A DNA stretch of 64,000 bases from Gemmatimonadota bacterium. Its GTDB lineage: Bacteria; Gemmatimonadota; Gemmatimonadetes; Palauibacterales; KS3-K002. Both the position numbers and the translations under genes were made by a program. Of the stretch, positions 27,512-36,233 are shown piece after piece; positions within the stretch are counted from its first letter, which is position 1; every line of letters begins with the position of its first letter. The stretch spans positions 27,876 through 91,875 of the forward strand of contig JBDHJU010000007.1 in NCBI GenBank assembly GCA_039586755.1, given 5' to 3'. A model generated the notes under the pieces. That model ran no database searches and was not told where the DNA came from. It saw only the letters and a program-made list of their open reading frames with translations.

Positions 27512-30500
27512 AGCACCCCGCATCTTCTCCCCAGAGCCGCGTCCGCGCCCTGTGGCGGCGCGTAGCCCTGCAGCTGGGCCTAGCCGCCCTTGGCGGCGCC
27601 CTGGCGGCCGCCGGTGGCCTGCTGCTGTTGAGTTGGCTGGCCGGCTCCAGCCCGCTCTGGCAGAGGCCTTCCGTGCTACCGCTGGTGCTCTTAGCCTCGG
27701 CGTTCGCAGCAGCCGCTGCGTGGTTGGGGAGCCTTGCCCGCAGAGCATCGCGCTGGGACCGGGAGGCGGCCGCAGCGGAGATCGAAGAGCGGGTCGGTCT
27801 GCCACGCGGGTCGGTGCGCGGCGCTGTGGAGCCCGGATTGGAAAGGCCGGGTACGTCGCGCTCGCTCATCGAACTGCACCGATCGCGACTAGCGAAGGCA
27901 CTGGAGGGGTTTGGCCCGGCCGAACTGGGGAGCGCCGTGGCCCGGGCCGCGCGCGCCCAGGCAGCGGTCACGCTGACGCTGGCGCTCGTCGCGCTCGTCG
28001 CTTCCCTCGCAGTCTGGCTGGGCGCGCGGGACCAGGCGGTCACGGCATGGGCTGCCGTTCTTCGCCCCGTTCGTCACCTCTCTGCGCCACCTCTACCTCC
28101 GATCCGTCTGGATGCCGACCGCGAGATCCGCCGCGGGCGGGACCTGCGGGTGCAGGTTGAGGCAGCGTTACGCGACTCGGTGCAGTTGGCCTGGCAGCCA
28201 CGGGGCGAGGTGGTGCGGCGGCGGTGGTTGGCAATCAGCGGTGGAAGTGGAGAGGCCACAGTTCGGCGCGTCGAATCGCCACTGGCGATATGGGTGGAGG
28301 CGCCGGACGGTGCGCTCAGCGACACGTTGCGCGTCGAGACCGTCGATCCGCTTCTTCTCATCGATCTGCGCATCGATCTCCGGTTCCCTCCCCACACGCG
28401 CCGTGAGACGGAAGTGTTCTCGGACCTGCCTACCGTCATGGTGGTGCCCGAAGGCACCCGGGCCACGGTCACCGGAGTGACGACGCGACCGGTGGGGCGT
28501 GCTGTGCTCACAGCTTCCGGCGGCCGCACGATCCCGTTCGCCGTCAGCGACGCGCGCCGTTTCCGCTCATCGTTCGCGGTGACGTCGGGAACATGGGGAT
28601 GGGACATCGTCGGCTTGGGAGGAGAGGCTCTCGAAGGTGAGCCCGACTCGCTCCGTTTTCTGACCGTGCCGGACAGCGTGCCGCGGGTCCGGATAACACA
28701 TCCAGGCGTCGATACGCTTCTCAGCGTCGACATGACGCAGCCGCTACTCATCGAGGCCAGCGATGACTACGGTCTCTCTCGGGTCGAGCTCGTCAGCTGG
28801 CGTGTCTCGGCGTGGGGCGAGCGATGGCCTGAAGAGGTAGAAGCGCTGCCCAGCGGCTCTGACATGCCGCGAGCCAACCTGGCCGGCCTGGTCGATGCAC
28901 GCGGTCGCGGATTCCTGCCCGGTGATACTCTGCGCTACTTCGCCCGCGTCTACGACAACGCTCCCGATCCCCAGATCGGGGTGAGTCGTGAGTACGTACT
29001 GCGACTGCCGAGCCTGGATGAAGTCCGTGAGCGTGCCGTCGCCGACGCCCGCGACTTGGTGGAGGACGCCGAGAGCCTGGCCGAGCGGGCGCAGGAGCAT
29101 CAGGAGGCGATGCAGGCGCTTGAGCGCTCGACCGAGGTACGGCCACCGCCGGGCCAGAACCTCCTGGGGCCGGAAAAAGGTGAACGGGGCGTCGAGTTTC
29201 GCGAGACGGAGGAAGCGCGTCGTGCTCTGGAACAAGCGGAGAGGCTTTTGCAGGCCTCGCGCGAGATCTCCGAGTCACTTCGCGAGTTGCAGGAGAACAT
29301 CGAACGTGCCGGATTGAATGACGAGAGCGTGCTGGAGCGGCTGGCCGAGATCGAGTCGCTGTTCGAGCGTGTGCTGACGCCTGAACTGCAGGAGCGGTTC
29401 GATGCGCTGCGCGAAGCGCTGGTCGAGCTCGATCCGGAGCAGATCCGCGAGGCGATTCGACAGCTGAGCGAAGGCAGCGTGGATTTCCGCGCACGAGTCG
29501 AGCGCGCCGTCGAGTTGCTGCGCCGCGCGGCAATGGAGCAGGAGTTCCTGACTCTAGAGACGCAGGCGGAGGAGCTGGTCGAGGCGCAGGAAGAGCTCGC
29601 CGATGCCGTCTCCGATGCGGTAGCCGAAGCGAGCGGCGGGGAGGTCGAGGATTCGGTGGCGGGGCCGCTGGCGCGGCGCGCCGCCGAGCTTGCGGAGCAG
29701 GCGGACGAACTTTCGCGCGGGGTGGGCGAGCTGGCAGAAGAGCTGGCGGCGGCGATGGAGGAGCTGGCGGCAGAACGGGCGGGAGCGGCGGAACGCGCCG
29801 CGGCTGACGCGGCCGGATCCGACCAGCAGGCGGCCGGCGATCTGCCGAGCCGGCCAGGCGGGGCGCGGAGTGCTTCGCAGCGGGCGCTGGCACAGATGCA
29901 GCGGGCGGCCTCGGAGCTGCGGGAAGGCCGCCAGGAGATGCAGGAGGCCTGGCGCCAGGATGTGGTGGCCGCGATGGGGCGGGCCCAGGCGGAGGCGCTG
30001 GAGCTGGCGCGTCGGCAGCGCGAGCTGAACGAGCGAATGAGCTCGGTAGGTGAGCGGCGAAACTCGGATGCCATGTCCGATCAGGTCGCGATGCGCGGCG
30101 CTGTGCAGCAGGTCGAGGACCAGCTTACCGAGGTTTCGGAGACATCCTTGCTGGTCGACCCGAGGTTGGCGCAGGCGGCAGCGCAGATTGGCGCGGCGAT
30201 GGAGGAGTTGGTTAGCCAGATGGCCGATGCCAGTCGTGCCGGGCCGCCTGACTGGCGCCTGGGAGACGGCGCCAGCGAAGGGCTGGCCGAGCTGGCGTAC
30301 CGCCTGATGCAGGCCGGCGATGCGGCGGCGATGGCTCAGTCGGGCACCGGGCTCCAGGAAGCGTTGGCGCGACTCGCCCAGCTGGCCGAGCAACAGGGCG
30401 CTCTGAACCAGGAGTTGGGCGGTATGACGTTGGGCGACGCGTTGCTACGCGAACTCCAGCGCCTCGCCGGCCAGCAACGAGCTGTGGCGCAGGACCTGGG

Positions 30501-30885
30501 CGCGATCAACCAGTCGCTCGGCCCGCGCGGGCAGGTACTCGGCCAGCTCGACGCGCTGGAGAGGGAGGCCGAGGATCTGGCGCAGCAGCTCGAGCAGGGA
30601 AGGCTGGACGAAGAGATCCTCCAGCGCCAGAACAGGCTCTTCCAGCGACTGCTCGATGCGGGTCGCACCCTCGAGCAGGACGAGTTCGAGCGGGAGCGCC
30701 GTGCCGAGCGACCCGCCGACGTCGAGATACTGCGACCCGGCGAGTTACCGCCGGAGCTGCTGCGCGGTCGGGCGTTTGCACATCCGGCGAGCGACGTGCT
30801 TAGTCGGTACCCGCCAGCGATCCGCCGCCTGATCCTCGAATACTTCGACCGGCTCAACGATCGGGAGGGCTCCGGTGGCTCGTAG
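27508..30885 (+). CDS. Giant (1125 aa) membrane protein: N-terminal double-TM anchor, beta-rich middle domain, ~600-aa E/A/R/L/Q-rich coiled-coil C-terminal region
   Basis: ATGA overlap with upstream gene. Two hydrophobic helices in the first 80 aa and a third around residue 170. Residues ~520-1100 are heptad-like, low-complexity (…ERAQEHQEAMQALERSTE…AAMEELAAERAGAAERAA…). Possibly DUF4175/BatA_N-like (from memory, unverified). Confidence 0.6.
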   Translation: MKHPASSPQSRVRALWRRVALQLGLAALGGALAAAGGLLLLSWLAGSSPLWQRPSVLPLVLLASAFAAAAAWLGSLARRASRWDREAAAAEIEERVGLPRGSVRGAVEPGLERPGTSRSLIELHRSRLAKALEGFGPAELGSAVARAARAQAAVTLTLALVALVASLAVWLGARDQAVTAWAAVLRPVRHLSAPPLPPIRLDADREIRRGRDLRVQVEAALRDSVQLAWQPRGEVVRRRWLAISGGSGEATVRRVESPLAIWVEAPDGALSDTLRVETVDPLLLIDLRIDLRFPPHTRRETEVFSDLPTVMVVPEGTRATVTGVTTRPVGRAVLTASGGRTIPFAVSDARRFRSSFAVTSGTWGWDIVGLGGEALEGEPDSLRFLTVPDSVPRVRITHPGVDTLLSVDMTQPLLIEASDDYGLSRVELVSWRVSAWGERWPEEVEALPSGSDMPRANLAGLVDARGRGFLPGDTLRYFARVYDNAPDPQIGVSREYVLRLPSLDEVRERAVADARDLVEDAESLAERAQEHQEAMQALERSTEVRPPPGQNLLGPEKGERGVEFRETEEARRALEQAERLLQASREISESLRELQENIERAGLNDESVLERLAEIESLFERVLTPELQERFDALREALVELDPEQIREAIRQLSEGSVDFRARVERAVELLRRAAMEQEFLTLETQAEELVEAQEELADAVSDAVAEASGGEVEDSVAGPLARRAAELAEQADELSRGVGELAEELAAAMEELAAERAGAAERAAADAAGSDQQAAGDLPSRPGGARSASQRALAQMQRAASELREGRQEMQEAWRQDVVAAMGRAQAEALELARRQRELNERMSSVGERRNSDAMSDQVAMRGAVQQVEDQLTEVSETSLLVDPRLAQAAAQIGAAMEELVSQMADASRAGPPDWRLGDGASEGLAELAYRLMQAGDAAAMAQSGTGLQEALARLAQLAEQQGALNQELGGMTLGDALLRELQRLAGQQRAVAQDLGAINQSLGPRGQVLGQLDALEREAEDLAQQLEQGRLDEEILQRQNRLFQRLLDAGRTLEQDEFERERRAERPADVEILRPGELPPELLRGRAFAHPASDVLSRYPPAIRRLILEYFDRLNDREGSGGS

Positions 30886-32668
30886 GCTCGCCCTCGGGCT
30901 GACCGCCTGGCTGCTCCTCGCTGCTAACGCTGCAGCGCAAACCGATGAGCAGCGGCAGCAGTTCCGACAAGAGATGCGGCGGATCGAGTCGCTCGAGCGG
31001 GTGGGCCAGTGGTCGGATGCGTTAGCAGCTTTGGGCGAGCTGCTCCAGGAATGGCCTGCCGAGCCGCGCGCGCTGGCGACTGCCGTCCGCATCCATCGCC
31101 GACAGGGTACCCTGCGGAGCGTGCTGCCGGCCCTAGAGCGGGCGGTGCAAGTTGCTCCGACATCGCCGGGGCTGCGACAGCTGCAGCTCGGGGTGCTGGT
31201 CGATCTGGACCAGAAAGCACAGCTCAGGGAGGCTGGGGAGGCCTGGCTGGCTGCAGCGCCGCGATTCGAGGCCGCCTACCGTGAATACGCGATGGCGCTT
31301 CGGCGTGAGGGGTCGCTCGTCGAGGCCGAGCGAGTGTTGCGGCGCGGGATCGACTCGGTCGAGGACCCCACGACTTTGGCTTCCGAACTCGCCGACATCT
31401 ACTTGCAGCAGCGCCGCTGGGCCCTGGCTGCCGACCTCTGGGCCGTCATCCTCGAATTCTCCCCGCGCGTCGGCCGCGATATGGTCGGCTATCAGCTCGA
31501 CGCCTTGGGACCCGCTGCGCGACCCGCAGCTGAAGCGCTGCTGGCGCGGCTACCCGAAGACGGACCAGCGGAGCAGCGCGAGCTGGCGGCGGTCGCGGCC
31601 CTATACGCAGGGATACCTGGCGTCGCGCGTCAGATGGCACAGGACCTGGCCGCTGAGCTCGAAGGTCGCAAGCGCCAGGAGTTCTTGGCGCGCTTCTCGG
31701 AGGTCGCTACCGATCTGGCGCGGCCGGAGCTACTGGACTGGGCCTACCGTGAGATGCTGGGCTCGCTCGCCGCCGACACTTCCCGCTGGGATGTCGCGCG
31801 CCGCATAGTCGAATATGACTTGAGCGTCGGGGATACCGCGGCGGCAAGGAGTAATCTGGACGAATTCGTGAGGCGAGCGGAGGCGGGCACGCCAACCCAC
31901 CGCTGGGCGAGTGCTCTGCTGATCCGCATCGGCGCAGCGGCTAGTCACGCCGACGCGCGAGACATGCTCGAGGACTACGCCCGGATCTACGAGGAGGACG
32001 ACGACGACGAGTTCCACTCGCTCGTCTCAGCAGTCGCCTTGGCCAGTTTGGGACGCGGCCAACCGGAGGAAGCGGCCCGGGCCCTCGAGCTCGTCAACGA
32101 TCCCGGTGCAGATCCCACCGTCGCGACCACATTCATGCTCACGGGCGCCTATCTGGCATTCTACGGCGGCGACTACGAGGAGGCGCGCGTCGGCTTCGAG
32201 GTGGCCGCGGCTCGTCTGAGCGGAGCGGCGCGCGTCGAGGCGCTGCGTATCCTGGGGTTCCTGCGCAGCGGCAGCGGGGCAGAGCTGCAGGTCGCCGCGG
32301 CGGCCCACCGGCGTAACCTCGAGCGTGGACCGCTGGAGGCCCATGAGGAGCTGGTTCGTGGCCTCCAGCAGGCCACACCTTCGGCAGCTCGCCCGGCGCT
32401 TCTACTCTGGGCCGGTGAGCTGGCCATCGCCGGCGGTTCGCTGGACGGTGCTGAAACCGTATTGGTGCGCCTCGGTGAGCGTTTCCCGGAATCCGGCGAG
32501 GCTCCCGTCGCGATGATGATGCTGGCCGAGGCTCTGGCGCTAGACGGACGGCGCAGCGAGGCGATAGTTCTGCTGGAAGAGCTGATAATCGAGTACCCGG
32601 AGAGCGCGCTGACGCCAATCGGGCGTCGTCGGCTGGCGGAACTGCGAGAAGAGGTCCCCAGGTCATGA
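30875..32668 (+). CDS. Secreted tetratricopeptide-repeat (TPR) protein
   Basis: GTG start overlapping upstream stop by 11 nt. Signal peptide MARRLALGLTAWLLLAANAAAQ. Multiple TPR-like helical repeats along 597 aa. Confidence 0.65.
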   Translation: MARRLALGLTAWLLLAANAAAQTDEQRQQFRQEMRRIESLERVGQWSDALAALGELLQEWPAEPRALATAVRIHRRQGTLRSVLPALERAVQVAPTSPGLRQLQLGVLVDLDQKAQLREAGEAWLAAAPRFEAAYREYAMALRREGSLVEAERVLRRGIDSVEDPTTLASELADIYLQQRRWALAADLWAVILEFSPRVGRDMVGYQLDALGPAARPAAEALLARLPEDGPAEQRELAAVAALYAGIPGVARQMAQDLAAELEGRKRQEFLARFSEVATDLARPELLDWAYREMLGSLAADTSRWDVARRIVEYDLSVGDTAAARSNLDEFVRRAEAGTPTHRWASALLIRIGAAASHADARDMLEDYARIYEEDDDDEFHSLVSAVALASLGRGQPEEAARALELVNDPGADPTVATTFMLTGAYLAFYGGDYEEARVGFEVAAARLSGAARVEALRILGFLRSGSGAELQVAAAAHRRNLERGPLEAHEELVRGLQQATPSAARPALLLWAGELAIAGGSLDGAETVLVRLGERFPESGEAPVAMMMLAEALALDGRRSEAIVLLEELIIEYPESALTPIGRRRLAELREEVPRS

Positions 32669-33924
32669 GTCGGCGTTCCTCCCTAGTGCTGATCCTCGTT
32701 CTGGCCAGTGCCGGGACCGCGCAGGGCCAACATCTCCTGGCCCCGATGGACAACGAGCAATCGAATCACTTACGCGCCTATGGCCTCGCCTACTGGGTCC
32801 TGGGTCGCGGCGAGCAGGTCGAATGGCTGCTCAACTACCGTGCCGGATCGTTCCTGCTTCCTGATGCGCCCGAGGTCCGCCGCGAGGCGGCGCTCCGCGG
32901 GGTTATGATCGAGCCGGTGGGGACGTCACGTTTGGCGGCAATACGCGGCGAGATCGACGGCTCCAACATGGAGGCGGTGATCTTGGAAAAGGCACCGCGG
33001 ATCGCCGTCTACACGCCGCCCGGGTCGCAGCCGTGGGATGATGCGGTGACCCTGGCGCTTACCTACGCCGGTATCGAGTACGACGACCTATGGGACCCGG
33101 AAGTGCTGGCCGGCGAACTGAGCCGCTACGACTGGCTGCATTTGCACCACGAGGATTTCACCGGCCAGTACTCCAAGTTCTACCTGACGTACGCAGGCGC
33201 GGCCTGGCTGCAGGATGAGGTAGCCCGTAACCGCCGCGCAGCGACGGCTTTCGGGTTGCCCGACACGCCGAGTCTCAAGAAGGCGGTAGCAGTGAGAATT
33301 CGGGAGTACGTCGATGGCGGCGGCTTCCTCTTCGCCATGTGCACGGCGACGGAGACGATCGACCTGGCGTTGGCGGCGCTGGGAGTCGACATAGCGGCGA
33401 GCTATGCTGACGGAGATGCGGTCGAAGCGAACGCGAGCGCCCGACTCGACTGGGAAGCTACGTTCGCCTTCGAGGGTGCCGCGGTCTTCGCGGAGCCGGC
33501 CCTCTCGGCCTTCAGTGATATCGATGGCCACCTGGTGAATACACCCATGCGGCAGCCGCTGGGCTCGTTCCGCTTGTTCGACTTCAGCGCCACGATCGAC
33601 CCCGTTGCCACCATGCTCACCCAGAATCACGAGCGCGTGATCCGTGACTTCTACGGGCTAACCACGAGCTACCGTCGCTCGCGCCTCAAGTCTTCCATCA
33701 CCGTCCTTGCCGAAGAGCCCGGCGCGCCCTGGGTGAAGTACCTGCACGGCAACTACGGGGACGGGACCTGGACCTTCCTGGGAGGGCACGACCCCGAGGA
33801 CCCGCAGCACGTGATCGGCGATCCGCCAACCGATCTCGACCTATACCCCCATTCGCCGGGCTACCGTTTGATCCTCAACAACGTGCTGTTCCCAGCGGCC
33901 AAGAAGAAGCACCTGAAGACCTGA
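32665..33924 (+). CDS. Secreted hypothetical protein with GATase1/ThuA-like (DUF4159-related) core
   Basis: ATGA overlap with TPR gene. Signal peptide MSRRSSLVLILVLASAGTAQG. Motif RYDWLHLHHEDF...REYVDGGGFLFAMCTA parallels the DUF4159-like protein at 26840. Confidence 0.55.
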   Translation: MSRRSSLVLILVLASAGTAQGQHLLAPMDNEQSNHLRAYGLAYWVLGRGEQVEWLLNYRAGSFLLPDAPEVRREAALRGVMIEPVGTSRLAAIRGEIDGSNMEAVILEKAPRIAVYTPPGSQPWDDAVTLALTYAGIEYDDLWDPEVLAGELSRYDWLHLHHEDFTGQYSKFYLTYAGAAWLQDEVARNRRAATAFGLPDTPSLKKAVAVRIREYVDGGGFLFAMCTATETIDLALAALGVDIAASYADGDAVEANASARLDWEATFAFEGAAVFAEPALSAFSDIDGHLVNTPMRQPLGSFRLFDFSATIDPVATMLTQNHERVIRDFYGLTTSYRRSRLKSSITVLAEEPGAPWVKYLHGNYGDGTWTFLGGHDPEDPQHVIGDPPTDLDLYPHSPGYRLILNNVLFPAAKKKHLKT

Positions 33925-34050
33925 CTGGCACGCGCCTGTCGTGCCGGCTAGCTTTCATGATTACGTGTAGCTCCAGCTATCTCGCCGTCACACTAGGACA
34001 TGGCGTAGCGACACTTGGCCACCGCTGCAACTGGATCGAAGAGGGGACAG

Positions 34051-35211
34051 ATGCCCAGCTACTCAAAACAGTTTTCCAGCCTCCCGCCCTATGCGCTCGC
34101 CGACGTCCCGAAGATCAAAGCTGAACTGATCGAGAAAGGCGTTGACGTCATCGACCTGGGCGCGGGCGACGCCGACCAGATGCCGCCACCCCAGACGATA
34201 AAAGCCATTCAGGAGGCTGTCACCGAAGAACGATTCAGCCGCTACCCATTCCAGCGGGGGCTTCCCGAGTTTCGAGTCAAGATTGCCGAGTGGACGAAGC
34301 GGCGCTTCGGGGTCGACGTGGATCCGTTCGAAGAAGTGTTGCCTCTGATCGGGACGAAGGAAGGCATCGCGCACCTGCCCCTCGTTTATCTCGATCCGGG
34401 TGACGCCGCCATCATTCCGGACCCCGGCTATTACCCGTACTTCGGCGGCACGCACATGCTGGGCGCCGATGTGATCGAGGTGCCGTTGCGGCGCGAAAAC
34501 GGGTATCTGCTCGATTGGGACCAAGTGCCGAAGGAGGTGCTCAAGAAGGCCAAACTGCTGTACCTGAACTATCCGAACAACCCGACGGGCGGCGTCGCTT
34601 CCGACGCCTACTTCAAGCGTGCGATCGAGTTCTGTCACAAGCACGGTTTGCTGCTGATCAACGACAATGCCTACTCGGAGATCGCCTTTGACGGTTATAG
34701 CCCGCCAAGTGTCCTCGAGTATGAGGGAGCCCGCGAGGTGGCGGTGGAATTCCACTCGCTTTCGAAGACCTTCAACATGACCGGCTGGCGGATCGGCTGG
34801 GTAGCAGGGCAAAAGGAGACGGTTCAGGCGCTGACGAAGGTGAAGGTGTACTACGACACGGGTGTATTCCTCGCCTGCCAGGCGGCAGGAGTTGCCAGCC
34901 TGGATGTCTGGGAGGAGTTCGTACCCAAGCAGGTGGCCATCTTCCAGGAGCGCCGCGACGCCGCGGTAGAAGCGTTCCGCGAGGCCGGGTTCGAGGTCGA
35001 TTCGCCGAAGGCGACCCTGTACCTCTGGGTCCCCATCCCCGGCGGCGAGCCGGCGGTCGAGTTCGCGCGGCGGATCCTTCTGGAGTCCGGAGTGGTTCTC
35101 TTTCCAGGAACAGGGATGGGTGGCGGAGGTGAGGGGTTCTTCCGTGTTGCCCTCACGGTGCCCGCCGAACGGCTCAGGGAGGCGGCTGGGCGCGTGGCGA
35201 AAGTGCTGTAA
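34051..35211 (+). CDS. LL-diaminopimelate aminotransferase-like class I PLP aminotransferase
   Basis: MPSYSKQFSSLPPYALADV... and SKTFNMTGWRIGW (PLP-lysine region) resemble the DapL family. ORF track starts 34015. Confidence 0.7.
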   Translation: MPSYSKQFSSLPPYALADVPKIKAELIEKGVDVIDLGAGDADQMPPPQTIKAIQEAVTEERFSRYPFQRGLPEFRVKIAEWTKRRFGVDVDPFEEVLPLIGTKEGIAHLPLVYLDPGDAAIIPDPGYYPYFGGTHMLGADVIEVPLRRENGYLLDWDQVPKEVLKKAKLLYLNYPNNPTGGVASDAYFKRAIEFCHKHGLLLINDNAYSEIAFDGYSPPSVLEYEGAREVAVEFHSLSKTFNMTGWRIGWVAGQKETVQALTKVKVYYDTGVFLACQAAGVASLDVWEEFVPKQVAIFQERRDAAVEAFREAGFEVDSPKATLYLWVPIPGGEPAVEFARRILLESGVVLFPGTGMGGGGEGFFRVALTVPAERLREAAGRVAKVL

Positions 35212-35247
35212 CCGGAACAGGATGGCGCGTCTGGAGTACCAAACACA

Positions 35248-36081
35248 GTGATTCTCACGACTCTACTGCGACCGCCGGGCGCGCCACCCGAGGACGAGAC
35301 CAAGCGCGCCGTCGGACCCGATCGCCGCGTGATGCCACGGGTGCGCGAGCGGGTGCGGCGACACGAACGCGCCGTCGCCGTCGGCATGATCGCCTCGGTG
35401 CTTCTCCACGTGCTGTTCGTTCGGCTGTCACCACTAATCATCAGATACCTCGAACCGGATATCGTATACTACGTGCCGACCCCGATCGTCATGCCCGAGC
35501 AGGGGATGCGCGTGGTCGATGTGGTCGTGGTCGAGGGGCCGGTGATCGAGCCCGTGCGCGAGCCCGAGCCGGAGCAGACACCGACGGTGGAGGAGGTCGA
35601 ACCGACGCCGTACGTGAGCGCCGCCGAACGACTGCGCCCACGGGTGGGCGACTGGAGGTTGTGGCTCGTGCCGCCGATCATGCGACGCACCGATCTGACG
35701 GAGGCGGAGCGACTGGCGGAAGTCCGGGCCCGCCTTTATGCCATTCTGGAGGCCTACGACGACAGCTTGGCAGCCGAGCTGGCACGCGAAATCGAGCGCC
35801 TCGACTGGACGATCGGCGAGGAGGGTGAAGAGTGGGGGATCTCGCCGGGCAAGATCCACCTGGGTGGCATCACGTTGCCGCTCCCCCTCTACTTCGGCCT
35901 CGACCCTGCCGAGCAGCGCCGCCGCCAGGGAAGCATCGACGACTGGAACGCGATCCGGCGTCAGGCGGGCCAGGGCGCGATCAACGAGCTGTTCGATGAG
36001 CGAATCCGAGCGATCCGCGAGCGGAAGGCCCGGGAGGAGGCGGAGCAGGCGGCCAAGAAGGACACCACCGGCGGCAACTGA
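35248..36081 (+). CDS. Hypothetical single-pass membrane protein, Pro/Glu-rich
   Basis: 277 aa. One TM helix (VAVGMIASVLLHVLFV), proline-rich extracytoplasmic segment, charged C-terminus. No family recognised. Confidence 0.45.
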   Translation: MILTTLLRPPGAPPEDETKRAVGPDRRVMPRVRERVRRHERAVAVGMIASVLLHVLFVRLSPLIIRYLEPDIVYYVPTPIVMPEQGMRVVDVVVVEGPVIEPVREPEPEQTPTVEEVEPTPYVSAAERLRPRVGDWRLWLVPPIMRRTDLTEAERLAEVRARLYAILEAYDDSLAAELAREIERLDWTIGEEGEEWGISPGKIHLGGITLPLPLYFGLDPAEQRRRQGSIDDWNAIRRQAGQGAINELFDERIRAIRERKAREEAEQAAKKDTTGGN

Positions 36082-36233
36082 GGGGCTCCCCAGCCCCTGC
36101 GGCAATTGCCACATCGCCCTTTCAAGGTAAGTTACCTGCATCATTGACGAGCGCCGTCGAGGCACGTGCCATGGGATCCCGGTGCGGTCTTTGTGATGCG
36201 GTCCGCTGACGGGCAGGGACGGTTCGAGAGGCG

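Noticed and set aside
28793-30393. Large antisense ORFs (28793-29893, 29100-30074, 29554-30393) and apparent nucleotide repetitiveness in 29000-30800, considered as possible tandem-repeat/CRISPR-like region
   Set aside because: Repetitiveness is at the amino-acid level (GAG/GCG/CGC-rich codons of an E/A/R coiled coil). There are no regularly spaced identical DNA repeats with unique spacers. Antisense ORFs are GC-bias artefacts.
33925-34050. Second TGGCACG occurrence (33927-33933) as another sigma54 promoter
   Set aside because: No TTGC at the -12 position (TGTC with wrong spacing). More likely part of a GGCACGcgcctgtCGTGCC hairpin after the 419-aa gene.
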